Shown piece after piece: positions 8,166 to 16,672 of a stretch of 64,000 bases of DNA. Numbering within the stretch: the stretch's first letter is position 1; each line of letters starts with the position of its first letter. This DNA is from an uncultured Anaerolineales bacterium (lineage in GTDB: Bacteria; Chloroflexota; Anaerolineae; B4-G1). The translations under genes and the position numbers were made by a program. The notes below the pieces were generated by a model. That model was not told the origin of the DNA and searched no databases. It saw only the letters and a list, made by a program, of their open reading frames with translations. The stretch covers positions 1,096 through 65,095 of the forward strand of contig CAZKDJ010000002.1 in the NCBI GenBank assembly GCA_964551295.1, in the 5' to 3' direction.

Positions 8166-8885
8166 GCGCTGGCGAATGAGTCCGCCAGCTAAAACGCCTG
8201 GGGCTAAAGCCCCCAGGCCCAGGAATGGAAGGACGCTTTAGCGTCCTCGATTCCTTTCAAAATGAGGAGATGGTTTGTTTTAGCAAGTTTGGTAGCACGC
8301 TTCAGCGTGCTTTGGTTTTCAGCCCGAGGATTTATCCTCGGGCAAATGGAGGTAGATGCAATGCCTTATTGGCGGCTGCACTATCATCTTGTGTGGGCCA
8401 CCAAGAATCGCATGCCCCTCATCACACCTGACCTCGAGTCAGGGCTGCACGGCTACCTGATCGGCAAAGCCGACGAGCTTGGAGCTATCGTGCACGAGGT
8501 GGAGAGCGTTGAAGATCACATTCATCTGGTTGCCTCCGTGCCACCCAAGGTCAGCATCTCCGATTTTGTCGGCCAGCTCAAGGGGGCCAGCGCCCATCAC
8601 GTCAACCACTTGCCTGGTGCTCTTGGAAGCTTTGGCTGGCAGCGTGGCTACGGGGTCGTATTGGTTAGTCCGTCGGGCCTTGACAAGGCAATCGAATACG
8701 TCCGCGATCAAAGGACGCATCATAGGGAGAACACGGCTGTCAGAGCATTGGAGTGTATTGAGGTTGAATCGTTGCCCAGGGCTGGCGAATGAATCCGCCA
8801 GCTAAAAGCTCAACCCTGCTAAAGCAGGCTGGGCAGCACGCTTTAGCGTGCTTTAGCTCTCAGCCTGAGGATTTATCCTCGGGCC
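8166..8885 (+). mobile_element. IS200/IS605-family element (~0.72 kb) or RAYT locus: Y1 transposase flanked by directly repeated hairpin blocks
   Basis: A 27-nt block at 8168-8194 repeats at 8781-8807 (1 mismatch). A 50-nt two-hairpin block at 8294-8343 repeats at 8835-8884 (5 mismatches). tnpA lies between them. The overall size is typical of IS200. Confidence 0.6.
8361..8792 (+). CDS. tnpA: IS200/IS605-family Y1 (HUH) transposase TnpA / REP-associated tyrosine transposase-like
   Basis: MPYWRLHYHLVWATKNRMPLI..., HUH motif in EDHIHLVASVPPKVSISDFVGQLKGASAH, W-x-x-GY, and the C-terminal Tyr helix AIEYVRDQ. GGAGG SD precedes ATG 8361. Confidence 0.8.
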   Translation: MPYWRLHYHLVWATKNRMPLITPDLESGLHGYLIGKADELGAIVHEVESVEDHIHLVASVPPKVSISDFVGQLKGASAHHVNHLPGALGSFGWQRGYGVVLVSPSGLDKAIEYVRDQRTHHRENTAVRALECIEVESLPRAGE

Positions 8886-8901
8886 GGCTAGGAGGTGCAC
8901 A

Positions 8902-10776
8902 ATGATCCCCAAACGTATGAGCGAATTCCTGCACGACGCGCTCCCCGAGCGCACCTGGCGCAACCGGCTGCGCCGGGAGGATGGGCTGGCCTTTATCGAG
9001 TTCGGCCCGCTCGATGTGGACCGCTTGCAGCGGCTGGGCATCACCGCCGACCGGCTGGGGCCGCGGTTGGTGGTCTGCATGTGGGACGAGGAGGCGGCAC
9101 TCGAGACCGGCGGCTATCTCGTCGTCGATAACCTGGCCATGGGACGCCCGTCGATGGGCGGCATCCGCATGCTGCCCGACGTGACGCCTCTGGCGATCCA
9201 CAACCTGGCCCGCGGCATGACGCTCAAGAATGCCGCGGCGGACCTGCCCTACGGCGGCGGCAAGGCGGGCATCGTCGCGCCGGAGCGCGATCTCACTCCA
9301 GAGGAGCACACCGAGATCGTGCGCCGCTTTGCCCACCTGATCTACCGCTACCGCGACATCTACCTCCCCGGCCCGGACGTGGGCACCAACGACGCCGACA
9401 TGAAGACGGTGGCCATCGAGAATGGCCTCGATTGCGCGCTCTCCAAGCCGGCCGACATGGGGGGCAACCGCATCGACCTGTTGGGCGCCGCCGGTGGCAG
9501 CGTGGTCATCGCCATCGACGCCTTGCTGGATGAGGTCGAACGTCTGCGCGCCCTGCCGCAGTTCGCCAATCTGCAGGTCCCCTCCCGCGCCGAGATGACC
9601 GTCTTGATCCAGGGCTTTGGCGCGGTGGGCGCAAATGCCGCCAAAATTCTGCAGGCGCGCGATCCCGCCACACGCATCGTCGGCATCAGCGACGCCACGG
9701 GCTATCTCTACGACGAGGTCGGGCTGCCCGTCTCGGAGCTGTTCGACGCGCGGGACGCGCACGGCGTGGTGACCTTTCCCTATTTTCTCGAGCATCTTAT
9801 CGACGTGCGCTCGCCTGATCCCCAGTGTAAGTTCTCCAACGCGCCCAACGACCTGCTGCGCGAGTCGGCCTTTTGCTTCGTGCCGGCCGCGCCGGTGGCC
9901 AATTACCTGGACGTGGACGCGGGCTCCAATCCCTCAATGACGGTGGATCGTATGGGGCGCTGGGGGATGATCGTCGAGGGGGCCAACACCTACTCGCCCG
10001 ACCCGGCCCGCAAGGCCGCCCGCGCCCGGATGGAGCGCGCCGTCTACTGGCAGGCGGGGGTACTCATCGCCACCGACTATCTGGTCAACTCTGGCGGTGT
10101 GATCTATGCCGCGCAGGAGCGCATGATCAAGACGCCCGATCACCTGCGCATCCCTGACGAGATGCTGGGCGACGGGGAGGCGGTGGAGCAGTGGCTGGTC
10201 GACCACCAGGCCGACCTGGAGGCGCTGGCCGAACAGCGGCAGGTCGCCGGGGAGGCCAAGCGGGACGAGGTGATTCGGCGCAATATGAAGGAGTTGGTGG
10301 ATCGCCTGGTGGCCGATCCCGACATGCTGCCCTGCGAGGCCGCCGAGCAGATCAGCGTCAGCCGCATCGCCTCCAGCGAGCGCTACCGCACCGTGGCCGA
10401 CGTCATGTCGCCCATTCCTACCATCGCCGATGACCTTACCGTGCGCGACGCGGCGCAGATGCTGGTCGACGAGGGATGCGACCTGCTGGTCGTCGTCTCG
10501 GCGGGCGGCGAGTTGGTGGGCGTCGTCACCGACTGGGACGTCACCCGCGCCTCGGCCATAGCCTGCGCCGAGGACTTGGGACTGGCCGAGATCATGACCC
10601 GCCAGGTGGTCACCGCCCGCCCCGACGAACCCGTCCTCGATGTGGTGCGCCGGTTGGAGCATCACGAGATATCCGCTATGCCGGTGGTGGATGATGGCGG
10701 CGTGCGCGGTATCATCAGCGGCGATCTGCTGGCCCGGCGGACGCTCTACCGGCTGTTGCAGGCGGAGGGGGATTGA
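8902..10776 (+). CDS. Glu/Leu/Phe/Val-family amino-acid dehydrogenase fused to a C-terminal CBS pair
   Basis: GGYLVVDNLAMGRPSMGGIRM...MTLKNAAADLPYGGGKAGIV (catalytic Lys box). Rossmann motif IQGFGAVGANAA. The C-terminus has two CBS-like units (VADVMSP...LLVVVSAGGELVGVVTDWDV and LAEIMTRQVV...AMPVVDDGGVRGIISGDLL). AGGAGG SD. Confidence 0.88.
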   Translation: MIPKRMSEFLHDALPERTWRNRLRREDGLAFIEFGPLDVDRLQRLGITADRLGPRLVVCMWDEEAALETGGYLVVDNLAMGRPSMGGIRMLPDVTPLAIHNLARGMTLKNAAADLPYGGGKAGIVAPERDLTPEEHTEIVRRFAHLIYRYRDIYLPGPDVGTNDADMKTVAIENGLDCALSKPADMGGNRIDLLGAAGGSVVIAIDALLDEVERLRALPQFANLQVPSRAEMTVLIQGFGAVGANAAKILQARDPATRIVGISDATGYLYDEVGLPVSELFDARDAHGVVTFPYFLEHLIDVRSPDPQCKFSNAPNDLLRESAFCFVPAAPVANYLDVDAGSNPSMTVDRMGRWGMIVEGANTYSPDPARKAARARMERAVYWQAGVLIATDYLVNSGGVIYAAQERMIKTPDHLRIPDEMLGDGEAVEQWLVDHQADLEALAEQRQVAGEAKRDEVIRRNMKELVDRLVADPDMLPCEAAEQISVSRIASSERYRTVADVMSPIPTIADDLTVRDAAQMLVDEGCDLLVVVSAGGELVGVVTDWDVTRASAIACAEDLGLAEIMTRQVVTARPDEPVLDVVRRLEHHEISAMPVVDDGGVRGIISGDLLARRTLYRLLQAEGD

Positions 10777-10840
10777 GATGCCCAAAAATTGATGGCAGTT
10801 GAACATCTTATCGTGGGCATAAAATATTGCAGAAACAAAC

Positions 10841-10869
10841 TTGACTGTCTAGTAAATTTGCGGTATACT
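10841..10869 (+). promoter_or_regulatory. Sigma70-type promoter TTGACT-17-TATACT
   Basis: TTGACT at 10841-10846, 17-nt spacer, TATACT at 10864-10869. AGGAGG and ATG 10905 lie downstream. Confidence 0.55.
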
Positions 10870-10904
10870 GGGAGCGATCATGGTGAATTCAGGAGGAAAA
10901 GATT

Positions 10905-11207
10905 ATGCTCTCAGATGTACTTAGTCAGGTGTTGCTCAACGTTGTCAGTTTTGCTCGGGAGAGTGAGACAAGAACAATCTCTTATGCTTGTGATCCAGGG
11001 GATCAAGTAGGCGCTTTTGATTGTAAGGTCAAGCATCCCGTAACAGGAGAAGATGTTATGATTGGTGAAGGGTTGCAGGAGGATCCGATCATGCTGTTGG
11101 AAGAATATGGCTATGTAAAACGCACTGGTCTAAACAGCCTGATTGTTCTTTCCACTGCTTTCGACTTTGCTGCGAAACATCAACTACCATTTGAGCCCGG
11201 TTCCTAG
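10905..11207 (+). CDS. Hypothetical protein (100 aa) in a low-GC islet
   Basis: ORF with a canonical promoter and SD. No family recognised. Confidence 0.5.
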   Translation: MLSDVLSQVLLNVVSFARESETRTISYACDPGDQVGAFDCKVKHPVTGEDVMIGEGLQEDPIMLLEEYGYVKRTGLNSLIVLSTAFDFAAKHQLPFEPGS

Positions 11208-11231
11208 TTCATACAATCGAAAATACGTTCT

Positions 11232-11260
11232 TTGACTTCCCCGTGGAGTTGCATTATACT
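11232..11260 (+). promoter_or_regulatory. Sigma70-type promoter TTGACT-17-TATACT for hicBA
   Basis: TTGACT at 11232-11237, 17-nt spacer, TATACT at 11255-11260. These are the same hexamers as the promoter at 10841. Confidence 0.55.
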
Positions 11261-11301
11261 GACTACAGATCAGGTGTTGAGCAAGACCACACGAGGGAAC
11301 T

Positions 11302-11529
11302 ATGAGACAGTTCAAAATTATCGTTGAAAAACACCCGGATGGGTACGTCGCTTACCCACTTGGGCTGAAAGGCGTCGTCGTTGGGGAAGGGGACACCTAC
11401 GAAGAGGCTCTTGCCGACGTCGGGTCAGCGATCCAGTTCCACGTTGAAACCTTCGGCCCCGAGGTCATCCTTGATATGGAAGACTCCGTGATCGAAGCGT
11501 TCGTAGCAGAAGCTGGAGTACCTGTCTAG
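11302..11529 (+). CDS. hicB: HicB-family antitoxin (UPF0150-like)
   Basis: MRQFKIIVEKHPDGYVAYPLGLKGVVVGEGDTYEEALADVGSAIQFHVE is the typical HicB N-domain pattern. Its stop overlaps the hicA start. Confidence 0.8.
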   Translation: MRQFKIIVEKHPDGYVAYPLGLKGVVVGEGDTYEEALADVGSAIQFHVETFGPEVILDMEDSVIEAFVAEAGVPV

Positions 11530-11768
11530 TGCCAAAATTCCCCGTTGACGCGCCTCGCGCCAAGGTGATCAAAGCGTTTGAGCGACTGGGATTCCGAACA
11601 GTGCGAGAAGGAACGCACATCGCTATGGCACGGGAAAATCCTGATGGAACACTGACACCGCTCACAATGCCCAACCATCGGCGCATCAAAGCCTCTACCC
11701 TGCGAACCATTTGCACCCAGGCAGGGATTCCACGCCAGGACTTTTTGGAAGCTTACCAGGAAGCATAG
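11529..11768 (+). CDS. hicA: HicA-family mRNA-interferase toxin
   Basis: KVIKAFERLGFRTVREGTHIAMAR...MPNHRRIKASTLRTICTQAGIPRQDF is the typical HicA/YcfA pattern. GTG start shares one base with the hicB TAG. Confidence 0.8.
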   Translation: MPKFPVDAPRAKVIKAFERLGFRTVREGTHIAMARENPDGTLTPLTMPNHRRIKASTLRTICTQAGIPRQDFLEAYQEA

Positions 11769-11776
11769 CCTTCCTC

Positions 11777-11805
11777 TTGCCCAATTCGCTTGCCTGGGTT
11801 ACAAT
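11777..11805 (+). promoter_or_regulatory. Array promoter P1: TTGCCC-17-TACAAT
   Basis: TTGCCC at 11777-11782, 17-nt spacer, TACAAT at 11800-11805. ATG 11815 follows 9 nt later. Confidence 0.6.
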
Positions 11806-11814
11806 GCTGGCTCG

Positions 11815-13962
11815 ATGGGGCGCGCTGCCTTGCGGCAGCGCCCTTTATTAGAGGATTCTATGGGCAACCGGCAACGACTTGGGCGATGGGCGCTCGTGGC
11901 TCTCTTTCTGCTGGCCTTCGTGCCACGGGCCATACACCCCGTCTCCCGCCCCCTCCAGTGGTACTTTCGCTCGGCGCAGTTCTTCCAGGCCGTTCTGCAC
12001 GGCGATCTGGCGGGCACGCTTTTCTCCGAGCATCCCGGCGTGACGGTGATGTGGCTTTCGGGGGCGGCGCTGTGGGGTTGGTACGGCCTGCAGTCCCTCT
12101 TGGGCCTGAACCTGCCCCCGCCGCTGGAGACGGAGGGGTACGCCTTCGCCGACCGGGTTGCGGTGGGCGTGGTACCGCTGGCGCTGGTGGTTTCTTTGGG
12201 CATCGTCTGGGGGTGGTTCCTCCTGCGCCGCCTGTTTGGGCGGCGGGTGGCTTGGGTAGCGGCGCTCCTGTGGGCGATCGATCCCTTCTTCCTGGCGAAC
12301 TCCAAGGCGCTTCACCTGGACGCCACGCTTTCCACACTGATGACGCTCTCCGCCCTGTGGATGCTGATCTACCTGCGGGAGCGCCGCTGGCGGCAGTTGG
12401 TCCTCTCCGCCATCCTGGGCGGCCTGGCCATCTCGACCAAGATATCGGCGGTCTTTATGTTCCCCTTCTGGGGCCTCTGCCTCCTGGTGGATTGGCTTCT
12501 ATCGCTCCGCAACTCTCAATCTCCAATCTCCAATCTCTACCCCCTGATCTTGAATCTTGTGCTCTGGGCTCTCATTGCCGTCTTTGTTTTCACTGCCCTC
12601 TGGCCCGCCCTGTGGGTACGTCCAGGGGATAGCTTTGGCTGGCTGATCGACGAGGGGGTGCTTTTGCACAAGGACGACGTCCGCAACCAGCCCCTGTTCT
12701 ACCGGGGGACGCTGGCCGTGCAGGATCCCGGCGTCCGATTTTACGCGGACACGCTGCTCTTTCGCACCACGTTTCTGACACTGCCCTTCTCTTTGGTCGG
12801 CCTGCTGGCGTTGTGGCGGCGGGAGGAACGCCTGCCGCTGCTGCTGTTGGTCGGTTTTGCCCTGTTCTTTTTCGTGCAGATGTCGCTGGGAGGATGGAAG
12901 GACACGCGTTACATGCTGCCTGTGCTGCTGGCTCTCGATGTGCTGGCCGCGTGCGGCTTAGTCTGGTGGGTGGGACGCTTGCCGATAAGGGGCTGTGGGC
13001 AGATCGTCGTCATCGTGGGATTGCTGGCGGTTCAGGCCGTCGTCGTGCTCTCCCGTCATCCTTACTACGGTACCCATTACAACGCGCTGATGGGCGGCGC
13101 GCGCGCGGCGGCACGGGTCTTTCCCCTGGCCGAGTGGGGGGAGGGGTTGGATCGGGCCGGGCAGTACGTGGACGGCCAGCCCGGCGTGGAGGATTTCGTC
13201 GTCGGCACCCAGTTCCTGGCCAACGAGATGCTGGCCCAACACATCCGCGCGCCGGTCTACGAAACGGGCCAGGTGGAGGACGAGGCGGACTATTTGGTGT
13301 TCGGCGTGCAGTACACGATGCGCGGAAAAAACTATGGCCGTTGGGGCGAGGAGTGGGAGCAGACCTACAAGTTCCGCCAGCCGGAGTTCGTCGCGTCCTT
13401 CGGCGGCATTCCTTACGCCTGGGTTCATCGACCTGGCGCGGAGCCCGCTGTCCCTCACAAGCTAGATGCCGGGTTAGGGGGGGCGATTCGGCTGGTGGGC
13501 TACCGCCTGGCCCAGGAGGCGGTCTCGGCGGGAGATACGCTGGTGTTGACCCTCTATTGGCAGGCGGAGCAGCCTGTCAAAGGTGACTATACCGTTTTCG
13601 TTCACCTGCAAGGGCCGGACGGCAGCCTGATGGCGCAGCAGGATAACCCGCCCGTGCGCGGCACGCGGCCCACGAGCGGTTGGGCGCCCGGCGCGCTGGT
13701 CGAGGACCCCTACGAGGTTCAGGTACCCGCCGACGCCGCTTTCGGCCGGTATACGCTCAACGCGGGGATGTACGATCCGGCGACGGTGGAGCGATTGGAG
13801 GCGGTCGACGCTGATGGTAGGCGGTTGTCTGAGAATCGCGTCGTGCTGACCGGCGTGATGGTGCGGCCGGCGGTGCCCTGGTGGCGATGGGTGCTCTCTG
13901 GGGCGTGGCTAGTGGTCGTGGCGGCTGGTGTTTTGCAGGCTTGGTTCGGGAGGCGGGAGTGA
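11815..13962 (+). CDS. GT-C-like (GT39/ArnT-like) polytopic membrane protein, class A-short, with 1 C-terminal module and a terminal TM anchor
   Basis: Loop motif PVSRPLQWY...HPGVTVMW and IDPFFLANSKALHLDA, shared with the genes at 39218, 43024 and 56854. Module LTLYWQAEQPVKGDYTVFVHL...RPTSGW...GRYTL. Final helix WVLSGAWLVVVAAGVLQAW. Alternative start ATG 11860 with a GAGGA SD. Confidence 0.8.
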   Translation: MGRAALRQRPLLEDSMGNRQRLGRWALVALFLLAFVPRAIHPVSRPLQWYFRSAQFFQAVLHGDLAGTLFSEHPGVTVMWLSGAALWGWYGLQSLLGLNLPPPLETEGYAFADRVAVGVVPLALVVSLGIVWGWFLLRRLFGRRVAWVAALLWAIDPFFLANSKALHLDATLSTLMTLSALWMLIYLRERRWRQLVLSAILGGLAISTKISAVFMFPFWGLCLLVDWLLSLRNSQSPISNLYPLILNLVLWALIAVFVFTALWPALWVRPGDSFGWLIDEGVLLHKDDVRNQPLFYRGTLAVQDPGVRFYADTLLFRTTFLTLPFSLVGLLALWRREERLPLLLLVGFALFFFVQMSLGGWKDTRYMLPVLLALDVLAACGLVWWVGRLPIRGCGQIVVIVGLLAVQAVVVLSRHPYYGTHYNALMGGARAAARVFPLAEWGEGLDRAGQYVDGQPGVEDFVVGTQFLANEMLAQHIRAPVYETGQVEDEADYLVFGVQYTMRGKNYGRWGEEWEQTYKFRQPEFVASFGGIPYAWVHRPGAEPAVPHKLDAGLGGAIRLVGYRLAQEAVSAGDTLVLTLYWQAEQPVKGDYTVFVHLQGPDGSLMAQQDNPPVRGTRPTSGWAPGALVEDPYEVQVPADAAFGRYTLNAGMYDPATVERLEAVDADGRRLSENRVVLTGVMVRPAVPWWRWVLSGAWLVVVAAGVLQAWFGRRE
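12515..12538 (+). repeat. Heptanucleotide tandem repeat (TCTCCAA)n inside a CDS
   Basis: tctcaa tctccaa tctccaa tctc, encoding SQSPISNL. Confidence 0.7.
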
Positions 13963-16478
13963 GTCAGCAGGCAGAGTCACTGCATCGAGGACGTAGGCTC
14001 ATACCCCTGGCCGTGTTGGTCCTGTACGCCGTTGCGACCGTCGCGATGACCTGGCCGCTGGCAGCCCAGTTGAGCACCCACGCAGCCGGCAGCGGGAACG
14101 ACATGTGGATCTACCACTGGGGCAACTGGTGGACCCGCAAGGTGCTGACCGAAGGGGGTAGGCTGTATTGGACGTCGTATATGTTCTATCCCCAGGGCAT
14201 CAGCCTCACGTGGTACGCGTTTAGCTGGCTCAACACGGCCATCTGGCTGCCGCTGCAGGCCCTGATAGGCGCTCTGGCGGCCTATAACGTCGTGGTGCTG
14301 CTTTCCTACCTGATCAGCGCCTTCACGGCGTACCTGTTGGCGAGAGAGTTGACCGGCGCGTACCTTGCCGCTTTTATCGGCGGGCTGGTCTTTGCGTTCT
14401 ATCCGGCGCGCAACTCGTACCACAGTCATCTCAGTTTCTTGAGTGTACAGTGGATTCCGCTCTGCGCGCTGTTCCTGGTTCGGATCACCCGTCAAGGTCG
14501 CTTACGGGATGGCTTGGGGGCGGGGGTCTCCTTCGCGCTGTGCGGTTTGAGCGGGGAGCGCTTGCTCCTGCTCACACTGTTTTGGGCTGCCTTGTGGCTG
14601 GGCTATAGCCTCCTGTTCGAGCGGCGTCATTGGGGCCACAAAACGATCAGGACGTTACTGCTGGCTGTCGTTACGTGTGCCCTGATCGCGGGACCGCTGC
14701 TCGCACCGCTGGCCGTGGGGTTTTTTGACCCCGATACGTCGCAGGATTTGACCGCTTCGACCCCTGCTGAGAAAAGGACCGATCTGTTGGCTTATTTCAT
14801 ACCCAGCCGGTACCATCCGCTCCTGAGCCAAAAGACTGCCTTCAAGAAGCTCTACAAGAGCGTGGTGAACTTTTGGGAGCGCTCGGCTGCTGTTGGATAT
14901 GGCGCGCTGGCACTGGTTGGGTGGGCCGTGTGGAAGCGCTGGCGCGAGGCGCGGCCTTGGGTCTTTGCCGCCTTGATCTCTGCTCTGTTGGCGCTGGGAT
15001 CGACGCTCGAGTTCAACGGGCACGAGCTCATCCCACTGCCCTACAGATTGCTGGCTTTTACACCGCTCAGCACGGCGGTTCGAAACCCGGAGCGGTTCAA
15101 CATCATCTTGGCCCTGCCGATAGCGGTCCTGGTGGCCATCGGAGTTTCCGATCTGCTCGGCCGCCTGCGTGCCGGCATTGTCCCACGAGGTCTGTTAATC
15201 GTCGGTATCACCTGCCTGGTACTTTTCGAGTACCTGGTTGTGCCGTTCCCTACGACGCGGCCCGTTCAATCTGCTTTCTACGAGCAGTTGCGCGAGGAGC
15301 CGGGTGAGTTTGCCGTTGTCGATTTTCCGATTGGCTTTCACTCCCACAACAAGTGGTACGTGTACGCCCAGACCCTCCACGGCCGGCCGACGGTGGAGGG
15401 GAACCTGGCGCGAGTTCCTGCCGGCGCCCACAGTTTCATCGAGAGCGTGCCTGTTCTGAGTGCGGCGCGCGTTTCTCCGCCGCAGGAGGGGGCGTTGGAC
15501 GACGTCACCCGCCAGTTGAGTCCCCTGGCCCAGGTCGGTGTGCGCTATGTGCTGATTCACAAATACCGCGCCAGCAAGGACGAGGTCTCGCGCTGGCGGA
15601 GGTGGTTCGCCTTTGCGCCTTGTTATGAGGATGAGTATCTGCTCGTCTTTCGTACCACGCCGCGCTATGGGGAGGGTTTCGAGTTCACGACCGAGTTAGG
15701 AGATGGCATCGGGGTGATAGATACAAGCGTTTCGCCGCGTGAAGTGGGGCAGGGAGGATCGGTGGGCGTGAAGGCGGTGTGGGTCTCTCGGGACGCACCA
15801 CGCCAGGACTGGATGGTACGTCTGGCCCTGGTGGATCCGACGGGCCAGGAGGCGCAAGGTGAGGATTTCGAGCTCTTTCCGGATTGGCCGACGTCGCAGT
15901 GGGGCCCAAGCGCCGTGGTACGTGGGCAATGGACGTTGCAGGTAGATCCGTACATACCGGGCGGTACGTATTCGATGACCCTGGGCTTGGTGGATTCGGT
16001 GACGGGCGAGCGATCGGATGAATCGATCGCGTTGGGTCGGTTGAATGTGCAGGCGATTGAGCGGGTATTTGAGGCGCCCGAAGTGGAAACGGAGAGCGAA
16101 GCGGTCTTTGGACAACTGCGGCTGCTGGGGTACGATCTGCATCAGGGGAACGATCAGGTGAGGATAACGCTCCACTGGCAGGCATTGCAGCGAATGGACG
16201 AGGCCTACAAGTTCTTTGTACACCTGGTCGATCCGGTCAGTGGGCGGTTGGTCGCCCAGGCCGACGTGATGCCCTACGATTGGACCTATCCGACTTTTTG
16301 GTGGGAGGCAGGGGAGTTCGTCTCCGATGAGATTACGTTGTCGTTGGAAGGCGTTCCACCAGGCGTGTATAACCTGTACGTGGGCGTCTACCGTGCTGAT
16401 GGTGAGCGATTGCCGGTTAGTTTGGGAGGAGATCGGTACGAGCTTGAGGATGAGATAACGGTCCCGAAAGGACTTTGA
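13959..16478 (+). CDS. GT-C-like polytopic membrane protein, class B, with 2 C-terminal modules
   Basis: N-terminus VAMTWPLAAQLSTHAAGSGNDMWIYHWGNWW (class-B signature). GTG 13959 overlaps the upstream TGA (GTGA). Modules contain VWVSRDAPRQDWMVRLALVD...WPTSQW and ITLHWQALQRMDEAYKFFVHLVD...YPTFWWEAGE. Confidence 0.8.
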   Translation: MSQQAESLHRGRRLIPLAVLVLYAVATVAMTWPLAAQLSTHAAGSGNDMWIYHWGNWWTRKVLTEGGRLYWTSYMFYPQGISLTWYAFSWLNTAIWLPLQALIGALAAYNVVVLLSYLISAFTAYLLARELTGAYLAAFIGGLVFAFYPARNSYHSHLSFLSVQWIPLCALFLVRITRQGRLRDGLGAGVSFALCGLSGERLLLLTLFWAALWLGYSLLFERRHWGHKTIRTLLLAVVTCALIAGPLLAPLAVGFFDPDTSQDLTASTPAEKRTDLLAYFIPSRYHPLLSQKTAFKKLYKSVVNFWERSAAVGYGALALVGWAVWKRWREARPWVFAALISALLALGSTLEFNGHELIPLPYRLLAFTPLSTAVRNPERFNIILALPIAVLVAIGVSDLLGRLRAGIVPRGLLIVGITCLVLFEYLVVPFPTTRPVQSAFYEQLREEPGEFAVVDFPIGFHSHNKWYVYAQTLHGRPTVEGNLARVPAGAHSFIESVPVLSAARVSPPQEGALDDVTRQLSPLAQVGVRYVLIHKYRASKDEVSRWRRWFAFAPCYEDEYLLVFRTTPRYGEGFEFTTELGDGIGVIDTSVSPREVGQGGSVGVKAVWVSRDAPRQDWMVRLALVDPTGQEAQGEDFELFPDWPTSQWGPSAVVRGQWTLQVDPYIPGGTYSMTLGLVDSVTGERSDESIALGRLNVQAIERVFEAPEVETESEAVFGQLRLLGYDLHQGNDQVRITLHWQALQRMDEAYKFFVHLVDPVSGRLVAQADVMPYDWTYPTFWWEAGEFVSDEITLSLEGVPPGVYNLYVGVYRADGERLPVSLGGDRYELEDEITVPKGL

Positions 16479-16570
16479 ATGGCGGGCTGCCTCTGGCTGA
16501 CGACCGGTACTCGCAAGCTAGAATTTGCAAATTCTTTGAAGTCGAATACAATAGCAAACTTGAGCGCGAA

Positions 16571-16672
16571 GTATCATCTCAATAATCCGGGGGGCGGGGG
16601 GGGGGGGGGGGGGGGGGGGCCCCCCCCCCCCCCCCCCCACCCCCCATCTTCCCCTATTTATTGAGAAGATAC
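16571..16672. mobile_element. MITE copy 1 (102 bp) with an 8-bp target-site duplication AGCGCGAA
   Basis: TIRs GTATCATCTCAATAA (16571-) and the reverse complement GTATCTTCTCAATAA (-16672). Identical AGCGCGAA at 16563-16570 and 16673-16680. The core is a G/C homopolymer palindrome. Confidence 0.75.
16589..16645. repeat. Homopolymer palindrome G6-C-G24 / C19-A-C6
   Basis: Direct count: G 16589-16594, C 16595, G 16596-16619, C 16620-16638, A 16639, C 16640-16645. Confidence 0.9.

Noticed and set aside
8166-8885. Hairpin repeat clusters, the heptamer repeats and the TCCGTT repeats considered as a CRISPR array
   Set aside because: There are no regularly spaced 25-40-bp direct repeats separated by unique spacers, and no cas genes. 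The repeats are palindromic REP-like units or microsatellites.
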